NCBI RefSeq assembly: GCF_030013595.1
Contig: NZ_CP122771.1
Length of the DNA stretch: 64,000 nt
Strand: one strand, 5' to 3'
Origin: Escherichia coli
Lineage (GTDB): Bacteria > Pseudomonadota > Gammaproteobacteria > Enterobacterales > Enterobacteriaceae
Below are positions 50,370 through 61,214 of the stretch, one piece after another; the first letter of the stretch is position 1; the number at the start of each line of letters is the position of its first letter. The position numbers and the translations under genes are program-made. Below the pieces are notes generated by a model, which saw only the letters and a list, made by a program, of their open reading frames with translations, was not told where the DNA came from and searched no databases.

Positions 50370-52328
50370 ATGTCAGTTACAGAGTCTAAGACAAAAACGG
50401 AGCGTAAATCCAGCCGTAAACCTGCAAAAACGCAGGAAACAGTCCTGTCTGCCCTGCTGGCGCAGACGGAGGAAGTGAGCGTGCCGCTGGCCTCACTGAT
50501 TAAATCACCGCTGAATGTGCGCACGGTGCCGTATTCTGCGGAGTCCGTCAGCGAACTGGCGGACTCCATTAAAGGTGTCGGCCTGTTACAGAATCTGGTT
50601 GTTCATGCCCTGCCAGGTGACCGTTACGGTGTCGCCGCAGGCGGTCGCCGACTGGCAGCACTCAACATGCTGGCAGAGCGCAACATCCTTCCGGCTGACT
50701 GGCCTGTACGCGTGAAGGTCATTCCGCAGGAGCTGGCGACTGCCGCATCGATGACCGAGAACGGTCAGCGTCGGGATATGCACCCTGCCGAACAGATTGC
50801 CGGATTCCGCGCAATGGCGCAGGAAGGCAAAACACCTGCACAAATCGGTGATTTGCTGGGCTATTCACCCCGCCACGTTCAGCGAATGCTGAAACTGGCT
50901 GACCTTGCGCCTGTCATCCTCGATGCGCTGGCAGAAGACCGCATCACCACCGAACACTGTCAGGCGCTGGCGCTGGAGAACGACACCGCGCGTCAGGTGC
51001 AGGTGTTTGAAGCCGCCTGTCAGTCGGGATGGGGCGGTAAACCGGAAGTACAGACCATTCGTCGTCTGGTGACCGAAAGTGAAGTGGCGGTGGCGGGGAA
51101 CAGTAAATTCCGCTTCGTGGGGGCTGATGCCTTCTCGCCAGACGAACTGCGCACCGATTTGTTCAGCGACGACGAAGGTGGCTATGTGGACTGCGTGGCG
51201 CTCGATGCCGCCCTGCTGGAAAAACTCCAGGCTGTCGCAGAGTTCCTTCGGGAAGCCGAAGGCTGGGAATGGTGCGCCGGACGCATGGAGCCTGTCGGTG
51301 AGTGCCGTGAGGATGCCGGAACATACCGCTGTCTGCCGGAGCCGGAAGCGGTGCTGACGGAGGCGGAAGAAGAACGTCTGAACGAACTGATGACGCGTTA
51401 CGACGCGCCGGAAAACCAGTGTGAGGAATCTGACCTGCTGGAAGCAGAAATGAAGCTGATGCGCTGCATGGCGAAGGTCAGGGCGTGGACGCCGGAGATG
51501 CGTGCCGGAGGTGGAGTGGTGGTGTCCTGGCGTTATGGCAACGTGTGTGTCCAGCGTGGTGTGCAGTTGCGCAGTGAGGATGACGTGGCTGACGACGCTG
51601 ACCGTACGGAACAGGTGCAGGAGAAAGCGTCAGTGGAGGAAATCAGTCTGCCACTGCTGACGAAAATGTCTTCCGAACGCACGCTGGCAGTCCAGGCAGC
51701 ACTGATGCAGCAACCGGACAAATCTCTGGCACTGCTGGCATGGACGCTCTGCCTGAATGTGTTTGGCAGCGGAGCGTACAGTAAACCAGCACAAATCAGC
51801 CTGGAATGTAAACATTATTCGCTGACCAGCGATGCGCCATCGGGGAAGGAAGGTGCCGCATTCATGGCGCTGATGGCAGAAAAAGCCCGTCTTGCTGCCC
51901 TGTTACCGGAGGGATGGTCACGGGACATGACGACATTCCTGTCACTCAGTCAGGAGGTGCTGTTATCCCTGCTCAGTTTCTGCACCGCATGCAGCCTTAA
52001 CGGTGTCCAGACCCGTGAGTGTGGTCACACGTCACGCAGTCCGCTTGACACGCTGGAAACCGCCATCGGCTTTCACATGCGAGACTGGTGGCAGCCGACA
52101 AAAGCAAACTTCTTCGGACACCTGAAAAAGCCGCAGATTATCGCAGCCCTGAATGATGCCGGACTGTCCGGTGCCGCACGGGATGCAGAGAAGATGAAGA
52201 AAGGTGATGCGGCTGAACATGCAGAGCACCATATGAAAGACAACCGCTGGGTGCCTGGCTGGATGTGTGCACCACGTCCACAGACGGATACCACTGAACG
52301 CACCGATAACCTGGCTGATGCCGCCTGA
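50370..52328 (+). CDS. ParB-like nuclease domain protein
   Basis: 652 aa; N-terminal ParB/Srx-like box (VHALPGDRYGVAAGGRRLAAL). Confidence 0.8.
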   Translation: MSVTESKTKTERKSSRKPAKTQETVLSALLAQTEEVSVPLASLIKSPLNVRTVPYSAESVSELADSIKGVGLLQNLVVHALPGDRYGVAAGGRRLAALNMLAERNILPADWPVRVKVIPQELATAASMTENGQRRDMHPAEQIAGFRAMAQEGKTPAQIGDLLGYSPRHVQRMLKLADLAPVILDALAEDRITTEHCQALALENDTARQVQVFEAACQSGWGGKPEVQTIRRLVTESEVAVAGNSKFRFVGADAFSPDELRTDLFSDDEGGYVDCVALDAALLEKLQAVAEFLREAEGWEWCAGRMEPVGECREDAGTYRCLPEPEAVLTEAEEERLNELMTRYDAPENQCEESDLLEAEMKLMRCMAKVRAWTPEMRAGGGVVVSWRYGNVCVQRGVQLRSEDDVADDADRTEQVQEKASVEEISLPLLTKMSSERTLAVQAALMQQPDKSLALLAWTLCLNVFGSGAYSKPAQISLECKHYSLTSDAPSGKEGAAFMALMAEKARLAALLPEGWSRDMTTFLSLSQEVLLSLLSFCTACSLNGVQTRECGHTSRSPLDTLETAIGFHMRDWWQPTKANFFGHLKKPQIIAALNDAGLSGAARDAEKMKKGDAAEHAEHHMKDNRWVPGWMCAPRPQTDTTERTDNLADAA

Positions 52329-52382
52329 TGAACAACCACACCGCCCCGCCGGAGACGGGGCGGCAGCAAGGGAGATACCGTG

Positions 52383-52817
52383 ATGAAAACTGAACTGACC
52401 CTGAATGTATTACAGACCATGAGTGCACAGGAATATGAAGATATCCGGGCAGCCGGAAGTGATGAACGTCGTGAGCTGACACACGCCGTGATGCGGGAAC
52501 TGGATGCGCCGGACAACTGGACGATGAACGGCGAGTACGGCAGCGAGTTCGGCGGCTTTTTCCCCGTCCAGGTCCGCTTCACGCCTGCCCACGAACGTTT
52601 TCACCTGGCGTTATGTTCACCGGGCGATGTCTCTCAGGTCTGGGTGCTGGTTCTGGTGAATGCCGGTGGTGAGCCGTTTGCGGTGGTTCAGGTGCAGCGG
52701 CGGTTTGTACCGGAAGCTGTCAGCCATTCACTGGCACTGGCGGCGTCACTGGATGGGCAGGGGTACAGCGTTAACGACATCATCCATATCCTGATGGCGG
52801 AAGGAGGTCAGGCATGA
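52383..52817 (+). CDS. psiB: PsiB, plasmid SOS inhibition protein
   Basis: Starts [13 protein letters not shown], matching F PsiB. Confidence 0.9.
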   Translation: MKTELTLNVLQTMSAQEYEDIRAAGSDERRELTHAVMRELDAPDNWTMNGEYGSEFGGFFPVQVRFTPAHERFHLALCSPGDVSQVWVLVLVNAGGEPFAVVQVQRRFVPEAVSHSLALAASLDGQGYSVNDIIHILMAEGGQA

Positions 52818-53533
52818 GCGCACGTTCACAGGCACTGGTTCCCCTCAGCGCAGAGCAACAGGCCGCATGGCGGGCGGTGGCGGAGACGGAAAAACGCCGC
52901 CATCAGGGAAACTCGCTGGCGGAATATCCGTATGCGGGGGCGTTTTTCCGCTGTCTGAACGGAAGCCGCAGGATATCGCTGTCTGACCTGCGATTTTTCA
53001 TGCCGTCCCTGACCGCAGAAGAACTGCACGGCAACCGTCTTCAGTGGCTGTATGCCATCGATGTGCTGATTGAAACACAGGGCGAGGTCTGCCTCCTTCC
53101 CCTTCCCGGTGATGCAGCAGAGCGGCTGTTCCCGTCGGTGCGGTTCCGTGTCAGGGAACGCAGTCGCCATAAATCCGCGCTGGTCATGCAGAAGTACAGC
53201 CGCCAGCAGGCACGGGAGGCAGAGCAGAAAGCCCGTGCGTACCAGGCGCTGGTTGCTCAGGCTGAAATCGAACTGGCATTCCATTCGCCGGAGACGGTCG
53301 GAAGCTGGCATGCCCGCTGGAGTGACCGGGTGGCGGAGCATGACCTGGAAACGCTGTTCTGGCAGTGGGGTGAGCGTTTTCCGTCACTGGCCGGAATGGA
53401 ACGCTGGCAGTGGCAGGATATGCCGTTCTGGCAGGTCATCGCAGAGGCTGGTATGGCGGCAAGGGTGGTCGGTCATGCTGTTCGTGAGATGGAGCGGTGG
53501 ATGGTGCCGAACAAACTCCGGGAGGCAGCGTGA
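52814..53533 (+). CDS. psiA: PsiA
   Basis: 239-aa ORF overlapping psiB stop; matches F PsiA. Confidence 0.9.
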   Translation: MSARSQALVPLSAEQQAAWRAVAETEKRRHQGNSLAEYPYAGAFFRCLNGSRRISLSDLRFFMPSLTAEELHGNRLQWLYAIDVLIETQGEVCLLPLPGDAAERLFPSVRFRVRERSRHKSALVMQKYSRQQAREAEQKARAYQALVAQAEIELAFHSPETVGSWHARWSDRVAEHDLETLFWQWGERFPSLAGMERWQWQDMPFWQVIAEAGMAARVVGHAVREMERWMVPNKLREAA

Positions 53534-53566
53534 TGCGTAAGCGGCTCGCCAGAACCGTATTGATAT

Positions 53567-55138
53567 TTACTGAGAGGTCAGATCAACTTTCCAGGGCAAC
53601 AGATCGCGTACCCGGTTTGCCGGCCAATCCTGGATATGCTCAATGACGTAACGCAGCCATTTTTCTGGTTCCACATTGTTCAGACGGCATGTGCCGATCA
53701 GCGAGTACAACACCGCCGCATGTTCGCCACCGCTGTCGGAACCCGCGAAGAGCCAGTTTTTCCGGCCTACGGCCACTCCCCGTAAGGCGTTCTCTGCGAT
53801 GTTGTTGTCGATTTCCACCCAGCCATTACTGCAGTACACGTTCAGGGCCTCCCACTGTTTCAGCAGGTATGCGAACGCTTTTGCCGTATCCGAGTGACGC
53901 GACAGTGTTTTCATCTGTTCCTGTATCCAGTCATACAGTGACTGCATCAGTGGAGCCGCTCTGGCTTTTCTTGCTGCCAGACGCTGTTCTGCTGAACATC
54001 CCCGGACTTCTGCCTCGATGACATACAGTTCACCGATACGCTGCAGGGCTTCCGTGGTGATGTCGGTTGGCACTCTTGCATGCACATCGTGGATTTTTCT
54101 CCGGGCATGGGCCATACACGCGGCTTCCGTTATTCTGCCGGATTCGTATAACGCCCGGTAACCACCGTAAGCATCTGCCTGAAGCACACCGCTGTAACCG
54201 GCCAGGTGATTCTGTGGATGGATACCTTTCCGGTCCGGGCTGTACGCGAACCAGACCGCCGGGGGCATCTGTGAACCGGCGTTACGGTCATCACGGACAT
54301 AGACCCACAGCCGGGCAGTTCTTGTTTTACCACTGCCCGGCTCCTGGACCGGAACGGGGATATCATCCGCATGGACTTTACCGGGCATCAGCACATACTG
54401 GCGCAGCACGTCATACAGCGGCTCCAGCAGTTCAGCAACGGCACCGGTCCAGCGCCCCAGCGTGGCGCGGCTCAGTTCCACGCCCTGACGAAGGTATATT
54501 TCTGACTGGCGGTATAACGGCAGATGGTCTGCATACTTCCCGGTGACGATATGAGCCAGAAGCCCCGCTCCGGCATAACTGCGTGCAATGGGTTTTGAAG
54601 GTACTGGTGCCTGCACGATATGGTCGCACCGGCAACAGGCCAGTTTCGGACGTTGTGTTTCGATAACCTTAAAAGCGCTGCTGATAAGCTCCAGTTGCTC
54701 TGACACATCACACCCCAGAGGACTGAGGTCACCACCACAGGCCGGGCAGCATTCCTCTTCCGGCCGGATGACCCGGGTTTCACGGGGAAGTGAGGCCGGT
54801 AACGGCTTACGGGCTGAAGACTGGCGCAGGGCGGATGGCAGTACCGGGTCATATTGCTCATCCAGCGTTTCCGCCATTTCTTCCTGAAGTGCGCTGATTC
54901 GCTCCTGGGCTTCCTGTATCTGCCGTTCGGTTTTAGCGCGAAGTTTTTCTGAGCTTTTACCGAACTGCATGCGCTGCAGTTTCGCAACCAGCGCCTTCAG
55001 CCGGTTGATTTCGGAAGCATAAGCCGCCACCCGCTGTGAGAGCAGGCGGTTGTATTTCGCCATCTGGCGGATGGTGTCCTGTTGCGTCTGCAACAGTGCC
55101 CGCAGGCGGGCATTCTCATGAGCAAGTGAGGTGTCCAT
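53567..55138 (-). CDS. IS66-family transposase (OrfC)
   Basis: 523 aa with N-terminal coiled coil, CxxC...CxxC zinc motif and DDE-type core. Confidence 0.9.
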   Translation of the reverse strand: MDTSLAHENARLRALLQTQQDTIRQMAKYNRLLSQRVAAYASEINRLKALVAKLQRMQFGKSSEKLRAKTERQIQEAQERISALQEEMAETLDEQYDPVLPSALRQSSARKPLPASLPRETRVIRPEEECCPACGGDLSPLGCDVSEQLELISSAFKVIETQRPKLACCRCDHIVQAPVPSKPIARSYAGAGLLAHIVTGKYADHLPLYRQSEIYLRQGVELSRATLGRWTGAVAELLEPLYDVLRQYVLMPGKVHADDIPVPVQEPGSGKTRTARLWVYVRDDRNAGSQMPPAVWFAYSPDRKGIHPQNHLAGYSGVLQADAYGGYRALYESGRITEAACMAHARRKIHDVHARVPTDITTEALQRIGELYVIEAEVRGCSAEQRLAARKARAAPLMQSLYDWIQEQMKTLSRHSDTAKAFAYLLKQWEALNVYCSNGWVEIDNNIAENALRGVAVGRKNWLFAGSDSGGEHAAVLYSLIGTCRLNNVEPEKWLRYVIEHIQDWPANRVRDLLPWKVDLTSQ

Positions 55139-55157
55139 ATCCTCACTTTACAACGGG

Positions 55158-55505
55158 TTATATGCGGATGCCAGCGCGTTCCGTTCGTTTCGGGTGCTTC
55201 CAGTCGATGCCTTCGAGAAGCATGGACAACTGAGCCGGAGTAAGGTGAACCTTTCCATCGCGGGTGACCGGCCAGACGAAGCGGCCCCGCTCCAGGCGTT
55301 TGGTGAAGAGGCACAGTCCGTCACTGTCAGCCCACAGCACTTTTATCTGGTCACCCCGGCGTCCGCGGAAGATGAACAGATGCCCGGAGAACGGGTCATC
55401 CTTCAGGACGTTCTGAACTTTTGAGGCCAGGCCGTTAAAGCCATTTCGCATATCGGTGATACCGGCAACCAGCCAGATACGCGAACCGGCAGGGAGAGAT
55501 ATCAT
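55158..55505 (-). CDS. IS66 OrfB (TnpB-like accessory protein)
   Basis: 115-aa ORF with the conserved IS66 OrfB-like N-terminus. Confidence 0.85.
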   Translation of the reverse strand: MISLPAGSRIWLVAGITDMRNGFNGLASKVQNVLKDDPFSGHLFIFRGRRGDQIKVLWADSDGLCLFTKRLERGRFVWPVTRDGKVHLTPAQLSMLLEGIDWKHPKRTERAGIRI

Positions 55506-56155
55506 CAGTGGCTGCTCCCTTTCATTTCGCGGATAAGTGTCTGTAATAACGCCGGTGTCAGTTCACCTTTCAGCCTGAGAGTTCCGGCCGGCAGAACCAG
55601 CTCGCAGCACAGACTGTCTGGCAGTGTATTTATCTGTTCAGGTATCTGCACTGGTGCCGGGATTTTATTATCCGGCTCCGGAGTTAACGTCACGGGAAGT
55701 AGCGATGTTTCATGTTCGCCGGGCGGTTGCAGGCCACCGTTACGCCAGAGATGCCGCCAGTTAAAGAGCAGGTTATCGTTAATTCCATTCTCTCGAGCTA
55801 TTTGTGCGACACAAGCACCGGGTAAAAGAGTTTGCTGAACCAGTCTCCATTTAAACTCCGGTGAAAATCGGTTCCGGCGGGGTTTCTCTGCTTTCACAGG
55901 CTGAGTCACGGTCGGGGCTGAAGGGTATCGCCCCGGGAAAAGAGCCCGGGCCAGTTGCCCGCAGGAATATTCACCGGAAAGAGGCCAGTCAGTGAATACC
56001 TGGTGAAATCGCCTCACCAGAGAAAAAATGGCGGTTTTGCTGACACCGGTCTGCGCAGAAATGCGCGGGTACGACAGTGACTCGTCAAATCTCAGCTGTA
56101 GCACACGCAGGATCAATTCCGGATTGTCTGCCAGTACCGCTTTTCGTGCATTCAT
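55505..56155 (-). CDS. IS66 OrfA-like HTH protein
   Basis: 216-aa ORF start-overlapping orfB; longer than typical OrfA. Confidence 0.7.
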   Translation of the reverse strand: MNARKAVLADNPELILRVLQLRFDESLSYPRISAQTGVSKTAIFSLVRRFHQVFTDWPLSGEYSCGQLARALFPGRYPSAPTVTQPVKAEKPRRNRFSPEFKWRLVQQTLLPGACVAQIARENGINDNLLFNWRHLWRNGGLQPPGEHETSLLPVTLTPEPDNKIPAPVQIPEQINTLPDSLCCELVLPAGTLRLKGELTPALLQTLIREMKGSSH

Positions 56156-56444
56156 CTTAAATGTCCCTTTACTGCGAAAATGGACATTAGTATCGGAAAC
56201 AGGAAAGGGAGGCGAAAGACGGTTTAAATGAGACGGTTACCGTGATGCGGCAACAATCACATGGATTTCCCGTGAACGGTCTGAATGAGCGGATTATTTT
56301 CAGGGAAAGTGAGTGTGGTCAGCGTGCAGGTATATGGGCTATGATGTGCCCGGCGCTTGAGGCTTTCTGCCTCATGACGTGAAGGTGGTTTGTTGCCGTG
56401 TTGTGTGGCAGAAAGAAGATAGCCCCGTAGTAAGTTAATTTTCA

Positions 56445-56510
56445 TTAACCACCACGAGGCATCCCTATGTCTAGTCCACATCAGGATAGCCTCTTACCGC
56501 GCTTTGCGCA
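56445..56510 (-). ncRNA. sok: Sok-like antisense RNA region (approximate)
   Basis: Position antisense to mok/hok leader directly upstream of hok. Confidence 0.3.
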
Positions 56511-56524
56511 AGGAGAAGAAGGCC

Positions 56525-56683
56525 ATGAAACTACCACGAAGTTCCCTTGTCTGGTGTGTGTTGATCGTGTGTCTCACACTGTTGATATTCACTTATCTGA
56601 CACGAAAATCGCTGTGCGAGATTCGTTACAGAGACGGACACAGGGAGGTGGCGGCTTTCATGGCTTACGAATCCGGTAAGTAG
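56525..56683 (+). CDS. hok: Hok/FlmA type I toxin
   Basis: 52-aa peptide [52 protein letters not shown] read directly (below ORF-track length cutoff); overlapping mok-like frame 56467-56679. Confidence 0.85.
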   Translation: MKLPRSSLVWCVLIVCLTLLIFTYLTRKSLCEIRYRDGHREVAAFMAYESGK

Positions 56684-56994
56684 CAACCTGGAGGCGGGCG
56701 CAGGCCCGCCTTTTCAGGACTGATGCTGGTCTGACTACTGAAGCGCCTTTATAAAGGGGCTGCTGGTTCGCCGGTAGCCCCTTTCTCCTTGCTGATGTTG
56801 TACGGGCATGAACAACCTGACTTCAGGAAGGTCGTTTCCCTTCAGGAACGGGGATGAACGCGCGCCTGCGGCGCCCGTTCTTTTCCCCCGCCTTCTCTGG
56901 TTATGGCCTGTCAGAAATCACATCACCTTCCCTGTGATTATTCTCTTTTTCTTCCTGCTCTGATTCTGACTACTGCAGTGTTGTCCTGTCTGCC

Positions 56995-59339
56995 GGGTCG
57001 GGTAGCAGCGGCACATTGCTGCGCCGCCGCCCCCTAAGAACGGAGCGTGCGAGTTTTCCCGCACTCCGCTCAAGCCTTTATAAGTGCTTTCGGTGAGCAC
57101 CGGCTTCCCTGCTGTGTAACTGTCGGTGGCAGTTCGGATGTAACAACTCGAGATTGGTCAGTTCGTCACTGCCGCCCATAACTTTCCTGATCCGGTGATG
57201 TATATTCCATCCGGTCTGGTTGGTTATGAGTTGTCCGCACTGCGGACAGTGTTTCCCCTGCCTCTTCCAGAGTTGAACTACTGTCTTCATCTTCTTTGAT
57301 TTGCCTTTCCAGATTAGATCCAGACGACGTTCAAAGTAGATTTCCATTCCGGGGGTGTATGGTGTTGCTTCGCCTTTGATTTTTATATGGCGCTTTATCG
57401 GTGTTTCCATTGCCCGGAAGAGTGTCAGAATTTTCCCTTCCGGGGTTATGGCTTTAAAGATCCAGCGCCTGCCTTCAAAGGAGAAGTATCGTCCGGCGAT
57501 CCACCGCAATCCTTTCCGGGGATGCCGTCTTACACACCATCGCCATATAGCTCGCCAGATTTGGGTGTCGACATAATTAAATGTTTCTTTCGCCACGACG
57601 TGTCGGTGATAGGTAGCCCATCCCCGGATCACCGGGTTTAGCTGGCCTATCAGTTTCCATGCCGGGAGCGTCGGATTGCGTTTAATTATTTCTCTGACTT
57701 TACAGAGGAAGTTCTTCAGGTTTTTCTTCGACGGTTTAATCAGCATTTTACCGTTGTACTTCCTGACGTTCTGCCCTAAAAAGTCGAAGCCTTTATCTAT
57801 ATGTGTGATCGCTGTTTTTTCTTCCGACAGTTCCAGCCCTCGTTCGCGCATGAAAGCTGCAATCAGTGGTCTGACCTCATTTTCCAGCAATTCACGGGAG
57901 CTGCCTGAACAGATGAAATCATCAGCATATCTCACATAATTCACCTGGTGCTTTGCACTGTGATAACCACTTTTCCTGAACGTTTGCATCAGTTCCTTCT
58001 CCAGTCCGTCCAGAGCCATGTTGGCGAGAACAGGGGATATGATGCCTCCCTGCGGTGTCCCGCTGTTCGTATGGTTAAACACGCCTCTTTCCATGTAACC
58101 TGCTTTCAACCATTTTTTAAGCAGTCTCCTGTCCATCGGAATATGGGAAAGCAGCCAGTCATGGCTGATGTTATCGAAACACCCTTTAATATCGCCCTCC
58201 AGTATCCATTTGGGCGATACTTTCTGGCTCATCCGCAGAAAAATGGACTCAATGGCGTCATGCGTGCTGCGCATTGGTCTGAAACCATAGCTGTTATGGT
58301 CAGCAGTGGTCTCGGATACGGGTTCCAGAGCCAGCAGCCACAGTGCCTGCATGGCCCGGTCCCTCATTGTGGGTATGCCCAGCGGTCGCGTTTTGCCGTT
58401 TGATTTTGGGATATGTATTCGCCGTAGTGGCTGTGGCCTGTAACCACACAGATTCAGGCTGCATATTCCTTCCCATTTCTCCTTCGGTGTGTGCCATATT
58501 TTTCCGTCAATACCGGGTGTCCTTTTACCGGTATTTTCAGTTACACGCCTGACAGCCACGGCTTTGCCGGAGAATGAGCGGGTGAGGATGCGCTGTAGTT
58601 CTCTGACCTGCCGCCATTGTTGCTGTCGGGTTGCCTTTGCAATCCGTAACTGTAGCTTTCGCACCCGGGCATGGCATGCTTTCCAGTTTATGGTGTGCCA
58701 GCCTGTCGGGTGGGGTATCGTGGACACACTGATGTGTGTATTCATCTCGCTGATATCCTTTTGACTGCTTTACAGCTTTTCATGCAATTAAAGACCAGAC
58801 GGAAGTCTGCCCGCTTTCGCGTCGGGGAACCTGCCCCGTATCCCGGTTATTACGGCCGGGCATTCGCTTTTTCCGTCCTCCTATGCCCGCACCGCTAACA
58901 GTGTTCCTTGCGGTTCACCTGCCTGTGAGGCAGCGATACGGGTTTACCAGGTTCCGCTTAACATACAGAGGGTCAGGGCGGGTTCTGTCTCTTCACCGGG
59001 GGTCTCTGCGCCCATGTGCTCCCTGTGCGCGAGGTAGCAACCGGACCCCGTACCTTTTGGTTCAGGCCTGTCAGCATCTTTGGCCTGTTGCCGATAACGG
59101 TGTTTATCAACAGTTCACATGTGTTAACCCTTCTGACCAGCCTTGCTCTCCTGCCGCATGATGCTTGCAGCAAGGTAAAGCCCCTCACGGGGCTTTACCC
59201 GGGCTGACGCCCGGCTCTCGTTGTCCCGGGAGCTTCAGACCCCGCCGTTGCCGGCAACGCCTGTCCCGGTAGGCTACAGCTAATGGGATAGCTGGTTTTA
59301 TCAATGTAAAACAATACGTTAAGCGACTTCCTGTCGCAC
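56995..59339 (-). mobile_element. Group II intron, boundaries +/-10 bp
   Basis: 5' end GTGCGACAGG on minus strand; domain V-like hairpin GAGCGGAGTGCGGGAAAACTCGCACGCTCCGTTC near 3' end (+ coords about 57030-57063); encodes RT/maturase/HNH ORF. Confidence 0.8.
57078..58745 (-). CDS. Group II intron-encoded reverse transcriptase/maturase with HNH endonuclease
   Basis: 555 aa; RT motifs incl. YADD (VRYADDFIC); C-terminal CPQCG...H..H HNH. Confidence 0.9.
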   Translation of the reverse strand: MNTHISVSTIPHPTGWHTINWKACHARVRKLQLRIAKATRQQQWRQVRELQRILTRSFSGKAVAVRRVTENTGKRTPGIDGKIWHTPKEKWEGICSLNLCGYRPQPLRRIHIPKSNGKTRPLGIPTMRDRAMQALWLLALEPVSETTADHNSYGFRPMRSTHDAIESIFLRMSQKVSPKWILEGDIKGCFDNISHDWLLSHIPMDRRLLKKWLKAGYMERGVFNHTNSGTPQGGIISPVLANMALDGLEKELMQTFRKSGYHSAKHQVNYVRYADDFICSGSSRELLENEVRPLIAAFMRERGLELSEEKTAITHIDKGFDFLGQNVRKYNGKMLIKPSKKNLKNFLCKVREIIKRNPTLPAWKLIGQLNPVIRGWATYHRHVVAKETFNYVDTQIWRAIWRWCVRRHPRKGLRWIAGRYFSFEGRRWIFKAITPEGKILTLFRAMETPIKRHIKIKGEATPYTPGMEIYFERRLDLIWKGKSKKMKTVVQLWKRQGKHCPQCGQLITNQTGWNIHHRIRKVMGGSDELTNLELLHPNCHRQLHSREAGAHRKHL

Positions 59340-59925
59340 GCGCACCTTCGGCTCCCGGCTGCCTGGCGGCATCCGGTCGTCAGGCCCGACTCCGACAGGC
59401 AGCTGCTGGCGCACCTGCCAGTCTCCGCCGAACCCGCTGGCGCGGTTTCGGGCTGTCGCTACGGTCCGATGCGTGAAAACCCCGGGCTTGCAGCGACCGT
59501 TCCGGTCGCGCCGCCTCTGTCGCGCCGTGGCCTGCGCTCCCGGCATCCCGGCAAAAGGCCGCCGGGATGTAAGGCGCAACGCCGTTTCGCAAACCGCGCT
59601 TCACGTCGTTGCGGCGGGTCCCTGCCCGTTGTTGTGTCCGGTGCCATTCACCTGTTTAAGCCCCTGTCGCCGGGGGCATAGACAGCCACAACCGTCTCCG
59701 CCAGTCCAGGGGTGAAATGCACATCCCGCAAAACTTTTTGCCCAGAAGCAGGCAAAAACTTTTGCGGTCTGCCCCCGGACAGTCGTTTCCGGCCGTGGCA
59801 GTGATGCCCCATGCGGCGAAGGTTCTCAAACAGGTGATGGTGAATACCGGAGGGAACAAAAGGCAGGTCCCCGCAAAACGTCAAAACCGCGGCTCCCGAA
59901 ACTCAACAGATGATGGGGGCTGAAA
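59340..59925 (+). repeat. Frpo-like leading-region repeat, copy 3 (hairpin 59726-59767)
   Basis: Stem ccgcaaaactttttgcc/ggcaaaaacttttgcgg; unit ends at RBS of 59948 ORF. Confidence 0.8.
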
Positions 59926-59947
59926 ACCAGAGAGAGGAGAAAGCAGG

Positions 59948-60235
59948 ATGAGTACCCGAAATATCCACGTTAACACCGCGTCGTACACGCTTCTTGTTGC
60001 CGGGAAGAAAAAAAACACCGGGGAAGAGTGGGACGTCCTGGAATTCAGCAGCCTGACTGAGCTGAAAAAATATCGCAAAAGCCACCCGGAAAAGATGGCC
60101 TTCAGTTATAGCTACGCGCTCAGTCAGGGTGTGGATAAGCAGTTCCGCCATATCAACATTGCGGAAGCCGATCACTTCAAACAGTTCCTGCGTCAGATTA
60201 AGCGTGCCGGCCTCGATATCCGGGCGATCTGCTGA
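59948..60235 (+). CDS. Hypothetical small protein
   Basis: 95-aa ORF with GAGGAG RBS immediately after Frpo-like copy 3. Confidence 0.5.
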   Translation: MSTRNIHVNTASYTLLVAGKKKNTGEEWDVLEFSSLTELKKYRKSHPEKMAFSYSYALSQGVDKQFRHINIAEADHFKQFLRQIKRAGLDIRAIC

Positions 60236-60352
60236 CCGGATGTGATGAATACCCCTCCTGATTGTTGCAATCTTGTTAATGGAGATCGGGGGGATGATAT
60301 TAAGCGGAAAAATTTTTTATTAAATTTATTCTTTCATAAAGGAGTAGCTGTT

Positions 60353-61174
60353 ATGCGATTAGCTTCCCGTTTTGGTCGGTATAATTCCATCCGCCGTGAA
60401 CGTCCTTTAACGGATGATGAATTAATGCAGTTCGTGCCTTCGGTATTTTCCGGTGATAAACATGAGTCCCGGAGTGAACGTTATACGTATATTCCAACAA
60501 TCAATATCATCAATAAGTTACGTGATGAAGGTTTCCAGCCATTCTTTGCCTGTCAGAGTCGGGTTCGTGATTTGGGACGTCGCGAATACAGTAAACATAT
60601 GTTACGTCTTCGCAGGGAAGGGCATATTAACGGACAGGAAGTTCCTGAAATTATCCTGCTTAATTCACATGATGGTTCATCCAGTTATCAGATGATCCCC
60701 GGAATTTTTCGTTTTGTCTGCACAAATGGCCTGGTGTGCGGAAATAATTTTGGCGAAATCCGCGTTCCACATAAAGGTGATATTGTCGGGCAGGTTATCG
60801 AGGGAGCGTATGAAGTGCTCGGTGTCTTTGATAAGGTCACTGATAATATGGAGGCGATGAAAGAAATTCATCTTAACAGTGACGAGCAACATTTATTTGG
60901 CAGAGCTGCACTGATGGTCAGGTATGAAGATGAAAATAAAACGCCAGTGACACCTGAACAGATAATTACTCCCCGTCGTCGGGAAGACAAACAGAACGAT
61001 CTCTGGACAACCTGGCAGCGGGTTCAGGAGAATATGATAAAAGGTGGATTATCGGGGCGAAGTGCCTCCGGGAAAAATACCAGGACAAGAGCCATTACAG
61101 GTATTGATGGTGATATAAGAATCAACAAGGCGTTATGGGTGATTGCCGAACAGTTCAGAAAGTGGAAGTCATGA
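60353..61174 (+). CDS. Conserved leading-region hypothetical protein
   Basis: 273 aa from ATG 60353 with AAGGAG RBS. Confidence 0.55.
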   Translation: MRLASRFGRYNSIRRERPLTDDELMQFVPSVFSGDKHESRSERYTYIPTINIINKLRDEGFQPFFACQSRVRDLGRREYSKHMLRLRREGHINGQEVPEIILLNSHDGSSSYQMIPGIFRFVCTNGLVCGNNFGEIRVPHKGDIVGQVIEGAYEVLGVFDKVTDNMEAMKEIHLNSDEQHLFGRAALMVRYEDENKTPVTPEQIITPRRREDKQNDLWTTWQRVQENMIKGGLSGRSASGKNTRTRAITGIDGDIRINKALWVIAEQFRKWKS

Positions 61175-61185
61175 TAATATAAGTA

Positions 61186-61214
61186 AAGCCCCGAAAAAAT
61201 TTTCGGGGTTTTAC
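61186..61214 (+). terminator. Rho-independent terminator-like hairpin
   Basis: ccccgaaaaaattttcgggg followed by TTTT. Confidence 0.6.

Larger units (their letters stand above)
53537..56240 (-). mobile_element. IS66-family insertion sequence (2704 bp) with 8-bp target duplications
   Basis: Imperfect terminal IRs beginning GTAAGCGGCTC / GTAACCGTCTC; three ORFs; TSD cgtgatgc at 53529-53536 and 56241-56248. Confidence 0.85.

Noticed and set aside
45593-59925. Possible CRISPR array suggested by repeated units
   Set aside because: Repeat units are hundreds of bp long and spaced kilobases apart with genes between them; no short regular repeat-spacer periodicity and no cas genes
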